Assembly: GCF_000143415.4 (NCBI RefSeq)
Contig: NW_003314265.1
Coordinates: forward strand, 2,993,181 to 3,057,180
From: Selaginella moellendorffii
Taxonomy: Eukaryota; Plantae; Lycopodiophyta
DNA: 64,000 bases
Reading direction: 5' to 3'
The notes beneath the pieces are model-generated. The model worked only from the letters and a program-made list of their open reading frames with translations, had not been told where the DNA came from and made no database searches. Of the stretch, positions 25,743 through 35,600 are shown piece by piece; within the stretch, counting starts at the first letter, position 1, and the number at the start of each line of letters is the position of its first letter. The translations under genes and the position numbers were made by a program.

Positions 25743-27075
25743 ACTGATTGGGTTGTTGAACCAAGTTGTACCGTCATTTCGAGTGCGTGAGTGCCGAACA
25801 AGTGTTGCGAGATCATCACCATAATGTTGGCGGATGTCATCCTCACTCAAGTTTGCCAAAAATCGAAGTTGCTCGATGTCATGGACAAGATTTTGTTTTT
25901 GAACAGCGAACTGCCCAAGCCTACATTTAAACACAACAAAACAAGTTAAAGTGGAGTTAGAGGTAAAATTATAAAACTTACGCATTGGTCTTTTGGCAGG
26001 CCAAGATAAGTCTGTTGACATCCAAAGGTCCCCTCGCATAGACATGGCCGACTGGAACGTTGATATGGTAGACAGGATCATCGCGAAAATGATCATCGAT
26101 ACACTTCATCCAAGCTCCATATCGGTGGTTACCGTCAATAATTTGGAACATTGTCCCCGCAAGCTGTCGAGTCTCAGGATGTCTGATAAGCATGTCATCA
26201 AATTCTAGGGACTTCCTCCTCCAAATAGGATCCCAGCTATTCACAATCTCGGGTGTGACAGTAATGATCTCCGTTGTTCCTGGCTTGCAAAAAGAGACTA
26301 GAAACATACCGATATTTGTTGCAAGGCCATTTTGTTTGAACAAGCTGTATATATCCGGGTTGACATACTTGGATGCTGTGCGGACAAGGTTCGTCTGCTG
26401 CAAACGGCAAAGGGGGATTTCTCTGATCAAGTCACAAGGGCCTGGCCACTTGAGCGCCTCAAGTGTTTGGTGAACTGCTTTTTCCCTTGTCCGCATAATA
26501 GTCTCTTGGAAGCGCTTGTCCACCACGTTGTCAGGAAGGTCTGCAACTCTTTCAGCTCCAGGCTGTTCCTCAGGTTCCCTATCGTGAACACCACTAGATT
26601 GCCCAACTTCAGGGATTTGCGTTGGTGGTGGTGGCGGTGGTGGCGGGGGCAAAGGCAATAGTGGCAGTGGTGGTGGCAATGGTGGTGGTGGCGGTGGCGG
26701 CGGGGGCAGAGGCAATAGTGGTAGTGGTGGTGGCAATGGTGGTGGTGGCAGTGGCGATGGAGGTGGTGGAGGTGGTGATGGAGGTGGTGGAGGTGGCGAT
26801 GGCGGTGGTGGAGGTGGTGATGGTGGAGGTGATGGTGGTGGAGGTGGTGAATCTTTATCTAAATGTGTCTCTGTTGTGCCAATGGACATGTCGATTGTGA
26901 TGTCGTCGTCAGTGCCAAATTGAACTTCTCGTGTCTTTTTGGCTCCAACAACCTTTTTCTGTGTTACAATTTTCCTTTTCTGCAAGAGAAAAAGTTTTGT
27001 TAGTCAAACTAAATAAAGATAATGAGAAATTCAAACAGTCAAAGAGAAAAAAAAAATCAAGTGGGCCTAGACTCC

Positions 27076-27380
27076 ACCTCGGGCACTTTGGCTGCCCAGG
27101 GGCCCGAGGTTATTCAAATAAGCTCGGCCCCTCCGACCCCTAAAGTGCCCGAGGTCGAGCTCGGGCCAGCCACCTCAGGCACTTCGGTGGCCGCTGCGGA
27201 GCTCGACCTCGGGCAGTTTTGCTCGCCAAGGGGCCGAGGTTATTGAATAACCTCGGCCCCTCGGCAAGCTAAAGTACCCGAGGTGGCCGGCCGGAGCTCG
27301 ACCTCGGGCAGTTTTGCTCTCCGAGGGGCCGAGGTTATTTGAATAACCTCGGCCCCTCGGCAAGCAAAACTGCCCGAGGT
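27076..27380. repeat. Three tandem ~80-bp GC-rich hairpins (inverted-repeat units)
   Basis: Units at 27076-27155, 27206-27284 and 27301-27380, e.g. ACCTCGGGCAGTTTTGCTCTCCGAGGGGCCGAGGTTATT-TG-AATAACCTCGGCCCCTCGGCAAGCAAAACTGCCCGAGGT. Confidence 0.93.
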
Positions 27381-27552
27381 GGCCCGCCGGAGCTCGACCT
27401 CGGCCAGCAAAGAAGCAATCAAGAAAAAAAAAGGGAAGAAATGGAATGGAAGCAATGGACTCAAAAAATGGAAGTGGAAGCAATCAAATCGAAACTCACC
27501 CTTGGCGGCATCTTTCCTCCCTCGATTTCTTGATCGTGCTAGATTTCTTGTG

Positions 27553-27915
27553 CGCTCAATCTCTCCCGCTCGCGCACTCAATCTCTCCCGCTCGCGCGCT
27601 CAATCTCTCTTGCTCGCGCGCTCAATCTCTCCTACTCGCGCGCTCAATCTTTCCTGCTCGCGCGCTCAATCTCTCCCGCTCGTGCGCTCAAACTGTCCTG
27701 CTCGCGTGCTCAATCTCTCGATCTCTTGCACGCTCAATCTCTCGATCTCTTGCACGCTCAATCGCTCGATCTCTTGCACGCTCAATCCCTCGATCTCCTT
27801 CGCGCTCAATCTCTCGATCTCTCGCGCGCTCCACTCACGATGCGAACAGTAACCTAATCTTGGCAGCTACCCTAACCCTAATCCTGACGGCTGCCCTAAC
27901 CCTAACCAATCTCTA
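27553..27915. repeat. ~22-24-bp tandem array followed by CCCTAA telo-like motifs
   Basis: (GCGCTCAATCTCTCCCGCTCGC)-type units, about 12 copies, then CCCTAACCCTAA twice. Confidence 0.85.
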
Positions 27916-28984
27916 ATCCTGGCCGTTCATTCCAAATAACCTAAATCTCAACCATCACAATATCTTTGATCTTATTTTATCTTATCATTATTATTATATG
28001 TAAATTATGCTTCTTTATTTTGTATATTTTAATGATGGTATAACTAGCACCTATCAACATTTCTGTTATTAGAGATATGATATTATATTTTACAAATTAT
28101 CTAGAAAAGATGCATTCTCATCACTATTTTGTACATATTTTGGAATCGTTACAAGAACTTCAAAGAGTATAAATAAGGCACGTTAAAATATGTTGTACTA
28201 TATCCATCTATGAATGGATGAATCCTCATCCAGAAATTTATTTTGTACTGTATTAGATCCTAAACAATAGGCACGTGCTTTAAATGTCATTGAGCAGTGT
28301 TCACAATTATGGATAAAACTTGAGTTGTACTACGAATCAAATCTGTTATTGAAGAATAAGATTTGACAAGATTTATTATCATCTACCACTTAAAATTTGA
28401 CAACATGACATATCACATGTGCTGATAGTTAGATTGGATCTCTTGGTTTGACACGTTATAGCAGAATGTCATTACTGGTATCATTATTAACTATCAAACT
28501 TCACGTACTGAAAATCTTTCCTTGGATTTATGTGTATACATGCATCAGACATCATAATAGATGACAGTAATATTAATACTATCACACTTACACATGTTAA
28601 ATTTGCTATAGAATTTAAATTCATTTTGTACATTGTCTTCTTATTACTCTATTTAAATTTCAATTATGTTTCACTATAGATTTTTACAAGTAGCATAAAG
28701 AGAGAGAACTCCAAAACCTATTGAGAAGGATGGAGAGGTTTCTTCTTCATTTTTGAGATCACCCACCTCTTTCATTCTCTCAGAGTATTGTTTCTGAAAG
28801 TTTTTTATGTCGGCGTTTTGATCTTCGTCTTGGCTCTATTTCTTTAGAGGCTGTGATCCGCAACGACACTGATATAGTTGCATACTCGGAGTTTCTTCTT
28901 TCTGGTGTGGGCGAGGGTGGACAACAATGGGATTTACAAAATTCCAAGTCGAAGGAGATTTGAGTGTTTGGATCTCCAGTCAAA

Positions 28985-31900
28985 ATGCCAAAATGCGCTC
29001 CAGCGAAAGTGAATGTGAAGCAAGAGTCAGTCGTTATCCTCTCGTCCTTTTCTAGTTCAAGTGAAGATGTTATGCTAGTGTCGGCGCCAAATTCACCAGC
29101 TCCAGCTCCAACTTCAGCAATATTCAAAGCCGTTAGCAATGCTTTCCAGTTTTCACGCCTCTCAATCGACGTGCACTTGTTTTTGTATAGGCTTGTGAGT
29201 GAGCTTCCATCCTCCTACAACGGCAACATTTTCTTCGAGCTACCACCTCTTGTCAGCAGCACAGGTTCCAAACGGAAGGAGATGGAAACCAAGCAGGATG
29301 TCCACAATTGGTGCAAGATCAAGACCACACATTTCCAACATTTTAGAGGCACAGTGTCTATAGTTCATTGTGTCGGGCATTTAGATTGTGTGGATGAAGT
29401 ATGCAATCGAGACCGCTCTAGAAACTCTATATTTTTCGAAGGGTCTGCAGTCAATCCTCCAGCCTGTGACACCATTGCTGTTGGATTCAAATGTCGATTC
29501 TGCAAAAATGCTCCTCTATGTCGTGCTATCTGCGAGGCCAAGATGTACTACTTTCTTCCACAGGATGGAGTGGCTGGAAGAGCTGCAGTGCATGTTGGCA
29601 CACATATGCATCCAATGCAGGAAGGGATACAAAGGAGTTCTCTCAACCATTTCAAAGATGCTGTACAGGAAGAGACTATGAGAAACTCATCTGCAACTCC
29701 GAAGCATGTTCAGAAGACCGTCCTCAAGGATTTTATCGCAAATACCTTACTCAATCCAGGTTGCCAAAAGACTCAATTAAACGAGGCTAGCTTGCGGGAC
29801 TTACTACGAAGAGTACAACCTGCTACTAGCCTAAGGAGGTACATCCGTTATTTTTCATACGTTATAATAATAATTTTTTCTTACATTATATTGTTTAGGA
29901 TAAAATCTTGGATGTGTGAATCTCGAGAGGGGAAGTTGCAATCAAAAATTGACTCCATCCTTGAATTGAAACGGACCTGTCCATACGAGTTCATCCACGG
30001 AAGTTTGTTTCCAGACCAAATTGTGAATGAGCAAGAGCGCCCCTTCGTCTTCAAAATGTCTACCATGGGCCCTGCCTCTGGCGTAGATCTTGTCTCCCGA
30101 ATGGACATGTTTGGGTCCAGTGACCTTGCAAATGCATGGGTAAATTTTGACCATATGGAGCGTGTATCCGGTTGGACAACCATGGGAGCTCATGTGTATG
30201 ATCCAAGGTAATTTTTATTCTCATTATATTGAAATTGTTATAATATTTATGTTTTCATTGGCTACGTTGTAACTTAACAATTGCGACAGCAGAGTTTAAA
30301 GTACAAGATCAGACAGCACAGGAAATATTTTGGAAGTCCCTCTCTGATATTGTCCTAAAGCAGACTGGTAAGCCTGCAAACTTTCGTGGTTTCATGGCAG
30401 ATGGGGCTGGTGCAAACTGGAATGGTATCCGAGCAGTTTTTGGGAATGGTCAACCATTGGAAGGTCGTGAGAGGACTTGTGAGTTCCATTGGGCTCAAAG
30501 CCTAAACCAGCACTGCCACCTTATCAAGCCAGAGTTTCAATCAATATTTAAGGAGTTGTGCAAACAATGGCAGGTTGCACCTTCTGAAGAAGAGCATGAG
30601 GCAAAAACAAACGAGATCCGAATGTGGTGGCGTGAAGATGGCCATACAGACGTAAGTTGCTTACCACAACTTGAGTCATGGTTAGGATGGTGGGAAGTTA
30701 GGATGTTCCAATGGAGACATCACTCTTTTCAGGTTGGTTTATATTTTTTCTTCTCCTTTTATTACCTTTTAATATTGCCTTTTCCATTAGGATCAACCAC
30801 TTGAGGACCTTGCATACACCCCAACTGTGAATCTCTCCGAAAGTAAGCATTGGAGTTGGCGTTCCTCTGAGGCAGGGAAAGGGAAGATGAGTCTATACGA
30901 AGCCTGTCTATCAGATTTGATACGTGCTATAGAGCAATCTTCAAAAGCACTGGCATTCGAGGAAGGAAGATACATGGGAACAGGGCCTTCTGTTGAGATG
31001 TTACATGATAGGATGAAGAGAAAATTAACTCCACCCGCCCGAACAGTGGCAACTGCAGTTGAGGAAGTGGTCCGTGGCACATCTATGGAGTACACTCCCC
31101 GAGCTTCTATTGGTGATATGAAGACTGTCCGCTCAAAGCGTCGTTTTTCCTTTGCTGGGGAAGATGTTGGTACGGACCTTGGAGCAAAAAGCTCCCACAG
31201 GCCTGATGTCGAGTACCATTCTGCTCCAAGACACCGCTCTCGGATTGAGCCACCTCAAGTGGCTGATGAAGAGAGTACATCGCAACAAGTTGAAATTGCT
31301 TACTGTAGTGTGGAGCCGAAGCAATGGGCAATCTGACGTGTGCCAGCAAAATCAAATGTAAGGTGTGTGGGGATGCTTCCGAGGGGCAAGTGTTGGGCCT
31401 GGATTCGTGGTGAAAAATCTGCTTCTGTTCCAGCCCCATGTTTCTATGGGGAACGAAAGCAAGTAGGATTTTCAAGATGGTGCTGGCTATATTGTTGCAA
31501 TACCGACGCCAACCATACGAAGCGGCTTGAAGACACTATAGTGACTAAACCTGATGCAGTACCTAAAGAATGGCCGGTTGTTAATGGGGTCGCACTCACC
31601 TCGGATGAGATTGAAAACCTTGAGAAATCTGGTTTTAATCTTGAGAGGAGAGTTGGAGACATGAGTGACAGGAGCAGGACTATTCCTACAGAGATGCACA
31701 GGAGGCCAGCACGAAAAGGTAAAGCAGTTAAATTTATTGGTCTCCAAGCAGAAGCAAGGTAAAATAAACTTGGCTCAAACACTTGAGTGTGAGATTCTCT
31801 CTACGAAGTACATCACTACGCTTGCAAAGGAGTACATAGTCAAAACAGAAGGTGGAGAGTACACAATTACCATTCACGACTTTCTTTCTTGCACATGTCC

Positions 31901-32063
31901 AGACTTTACGAAGCGCGAGGAACATGGGAAGGCATATGCTCCTTGCAAGCATATGTACTACATCTTCATCAACATCTTGCACCAGGATCCTAAAGTGGAT
32001 ATTCATATACACCAAGCAAGCCTTACTATTGCTGAGTTGCAGAAAACTTTTGGAGCTAATTAG
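28985..32063 (+). pseudogene. MULE-type DDE transposase with GCM/WRKY-like Zn DNA-binding domain and C-terminal SWIM finger
   Basis: N-terminal Cys/His domain (WCKIKTT..CVGHLDC..CRFC..CEAK..HVGTHMHP). Core FDHMERV..FMADGAGANWNGI..CEFHW (CxxH)..NLSESKH. SWIM CTCPDF..PCKHMYY. Has introns, a TGA at 31334-31336 and a frameshift near 31745-31765. Confidence 0.8.
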
Positions 32064-32154
32064 ATTTCTCCAACACTATCGATGTTTATTCTCTATCAAT
32101 AAAACTTATTATACTTTATATAATTAATAAAAATGTGCTTTTTCATTTCACTTT

Positions 32155-32613
32155 TCATTTTATATGCTTCCGAGTGTTCTTCTCGCAATACTGCCCATAG
32201 TACTCGTGTGTCTCCATTTCTGTCTTTACCATCAAATTCTCAAAAAAGATTTCATGGTAGTCTTTCGGGTGTGTGATGTTGCAGTGTGTCGCAAGAGCAT
32301 ATATACCATCATACTGATCATTGCCATTGTTTCCACCAGACGCTAGAAAACATATGGGGCACTTCTTGAAAGTGGCAGAATTGCACTTTTCTAAAACAAG
32401 TAAGAGGGCATTCTTTTTCACCCAATTTGTTGTACCCTCTGTCATTGCATTTATCTCCAACTCATGATCACTATCCTCACTATCCTCTCTTTCATTCTCT
32501 TGTGTGATTTGGTTATGCTGTGCAATGGGATAGTTATTGCATCTCCTAGCCCTTGAGCTCTGGGAAGAAAGATTATGAGAGTTAAAATTACCAACACTAG
32601 AACCCATAGACAT
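32155..32613 (-). CDS. Second cargo protein with CxxC..H..H zinc finger (zf-XS-like), 152 aa
   Basis: Intact ORF containing KKCPICFLASGGNNGNDQYDGIYALATHCNITHPKDYHEIFFENL, the same pattern as the ORF at 20750. Confidence 0.6.
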   Translation of the reverse strand: MSMGSSVGNFNSHNLSSQSSRARRCNNYPIAQHNQITQENEREDSEDSDHELEINAMTEGTTNWVKKNALLLVLEKCNSATFKKCPICFLASGGNNGNDQYDGIYALATHCNITHPKDYHEIFFENLMVKTEMETHEYYGQYCEKNTRKHIK

Positions 32614-35600
32614 TTGTGGGTGTATTTCCCTTTTTTCGAATGAGAGTGTGAATGAAGATCTATAAATTCTAGACAGTATGCTACGACAAACCCCTCAAGA
32701 ATGTATTCTACAAAGAACCAAGTCTTTCTTTTATATGCAATAAGCTTACATCAACGGTTATTTTTTTTCCTTTCAAACGGTTATATGGCTTCACATAGAA
32801 TCTTATTTCAAATTTAATAATTTTTTAATTCTGACAAACCTAACATTTACTAGCCAGAAAGCATAGAGTACAAATTTAAAGAAGTGACAAGAATACTCTT
32901 TTTTCAAACATTTTATTTTATGTTCTAACAAATGTCCCTATCATTGCATGTAGTAAATATTTAAATTATTAGAACAAAATGTGTTCTTTAGAACATTTTT
33001 ATCTATATAATATATAGAGAGTTATTAAATTATTAGGTTCGCCATAACCTTAAAATTTTAAAATTTATAATGTTTGTACTAAATTACAATTGAAAATTGA
33101 GCTCAACTCGTGAGCTCAACTCTTCAACTCGTGAGCTCAAGTATGGTCCGCGCCCGATCAACTAAAACTGTAGGGATTAGTCTATTGGTTCAAGTAATCA
33201 TTGCCGTGCTCTCTTATAAACTTTTCTTGGATTGGACTGAAGGCAGTGCAAACGCAAACTTGAGGTGTAGTTAAAGATGAGACCGAAAAGAGAGTCATTA
33301 GGGACGAAGGATCAAACACGTAAATCATCTTCTCTTCTTAGAGAGATGATACGCAACGAGGTGTGACTCATTGCCCGTGTTCACATCATGTAATCAAGAG
33401 CCCCTACCTTGATGCATGTTGGAAATGGTCTTGTAAATGGTGAGTCATGGGATGGATAGCGGTGAAGTGCTATACCATTTTGTCTAGGCTTGCTATTAGA
33501 AGACTTGGGTTGCAATGCTCAATTCTTTTCCGGGGAATCTAACTATTGCTCCTTGAGTAGCTTGGTGTTGGGTTAAGTTTTGAGTTTGATCGGATAGCGA
33601 GTGGCATGAGCTTGTCTGTGTTGTGAACAAAAGTTAGTGGTGTTGGGTGTTGTAAGTCTCTATCAGTGGAGTGTAGCATTTATGTTACATTTTGTTGAGT
33701 CGAGTTGGCACTTGATACTCACATAAACCTTTGAAGTAATGACATAAGCATTGTTCATAGTGTTGCTTGATTGATGATCAAGTCATTGTGATTTTATATC
33801 ATATCCATGTGATAATGAGCAATGTGTTTACAAAGTTGCCTGGTTAAATGATGATCAACCCCAAAGTGGTTGATGGAGAAGCTAGTCTACTTGCACGAAG
33901 TAGCATTGTAGTAGCTTTGACGGGATTCTCGATAGTGGTCCATTATGCTAAACTTAAGTTGGTACGTTGTTCCTTTGAGAGTTGGCCCATAAGGTGTTGA
34001 AAAAGGGTTGTAGCATTCATTTGCTATGGCTTGTTGGTTTATCCGTTAGCACTTGGAATAGATTATTGGATGGAGAAGGTGTGTAGTTGAGGCATTGACA
34101 TCGCTAACACTTGTGTTAGTGGGAATGGCATTATTATTTCGAGTGATGAGGAATTTTCCTTGAGCTTGATTTTCCATGTCATTTTTCTTGTTAGTGTTTT
34201 GGCTTCACATTGGATCTTGAAGGTAGTTGAAGAAGAGTGTTAGTGCAATGTGGATATCTGAAGTTGTGATCTTCGTGATCAAACCTTGGATGTTCACTTT
34301 GCATTTTGCGGATGTCGGTGTTGGATGTCGGAAGAATGGGCAAAAAGATGTTCGAGGCTTAAGCATACTATGGGTCATGAGAATTTGTGTTGAGGTGAAT
34401 CTATGTGAAGTTGTTAGTAGGAGGAAGTTGGTTGAGTCTTGAAAGTTTATATTCTTAGACTGAGAGTCATTCTTTCTCTAGGATGGAAAGATTTTCCGTA
34501 AATTTTCTTAGGCTTTTCCAATGGCTGATCTACTGATCACTTTGTCCGAAAACCATTCCGTTTTCGAAAGCCAATACAAACTAGTGAAGGGGTTGGAGTT
34601 GACTTCGGTTAGCTTAGACCTTAGTAGATAGTTTGTATGATGCGGCCTGAAAGGGATGCTAACTTTTGGGGCTAAGGCAATTGAGTTGGATAGAGTCTGG
34701 AGTTAGTGTAGAAAAGTGGCCGTTGTACTTTTCTAGAAAGGTGACCCTTGTGCCTTTCTTTTGTAGCGTTATGCTTGGTGGCAGGTTGCACTTTGCATTT
34801 TGTTAGACTCTATGAGAGTAGTGAGCTCTCACTGATCTTGACTTGGTCTTGGTGGCCTTGCGCCTTGGTTGAGGATGGTGATGTCCAACTTAATTTTTTA
34901 AGGTTGAGATGTTGGTACCCATACTATAGCTTTGTCTATGAAGAGGTTGTGTACCGATATGATCCATCTCATGGTCTTCACTTTAGTTTCGTCTAAGTGT
35001 TAGTCATGCATAGTTAGCCTCTTCAAGGCATGCTCAGAGCTAGTGGCTAAATGCATTAGTGAGCTTATTGCAGTTGAGTTGGATTCGAGTGGCTATTTAG
35101 TTCGTGCTTGTCCATGAACCTTTATCTCATATCTGGGGTATTACGTTCATGTTGGACAAGTATATAATTCGATGGCGCAAGTTTAGTGTTTAGGTCTTGT
35201 GAAGGCAAGTTGAGGGGTGATTGTTAGTTGTTTTGCAATTAGTGATTGCTTATAGACTTTGTCAAGGGCTTTTGACACTTGCTTCACTCAATGAAGATTT
35301 ATCAGTGATGAGTTTACTTTACTGGATGGTGTTGCAGAGGATCATGTCATTTGACTTACATGGGTTTTCCATGTTGGCATGTCGACTCTACCTCTGTTGA
35401 TATCATTTAGTTGCATTTAGTCTGTGGTGTTGGATTTCATTGAGTCTTGGATGTGGTGATTCACTCCTTGAGAAAGTGTTATATGTACTTGAGTAATGTT
35501 GAAGGATTGGTCTTGGATACTAAGTATAGTATTTTTTACTTTGGCTAGCTTGGTTGCTAGAGAGCTTTGAGTGGTGATTCACTCTTGCTTTCTTCTAGCT

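Larger units (their letters stand above)
21605..27511 (-). pseudogene. ParB/Srx-like domain + beta-class DNA amino-methyltransferase-like fusion gene (multi-exon, disrupted)
   Basis: Exon 1 MPPR (27511-27500) splices to KRKIVTQKK.., then a polyproline tract and the ParB motif FQIIDGNHRYGAW (~26113-26151). A motif-IV-like ADFILFDFPDG (~22483-22515) precedes the motif X/I block TPSAIQVLLELYCPPDGIVIDCTAGSGSMVEAARDSGRSVFAIE (~21880-22011). Disrupted by a solo LTR at 24004-25742 and a TGA at 22012-22014. Confidence 0.8.
19440..33155. mobile_element. Large Mutator-like (MULE) DNA transposon with multiple cargo genes
   Basis: 8-bp TSD GATCAACT (19432-19439 / 33156-33163); the empty site is seen in the other A copy at ~51447. 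Imperfect TIRs GGGGATGGTCCAAAGTTGAG vs GGGCGCGGACCATACTTGAG, plus a 27/28 inverted match 19457-19484 / 33095-33122. Contains a MULE transposase. Confidence 0.88.

Noticed and set aside
24726-25790. Long SR/SD/LG-repeat ORFs (also 17016-17750, 36057-36371, 42454-42768, 47460-48336)
   Set aside because: Products of stop-free hexamer/dodecamer arrays inside LTRs; open in several frames on both strands.
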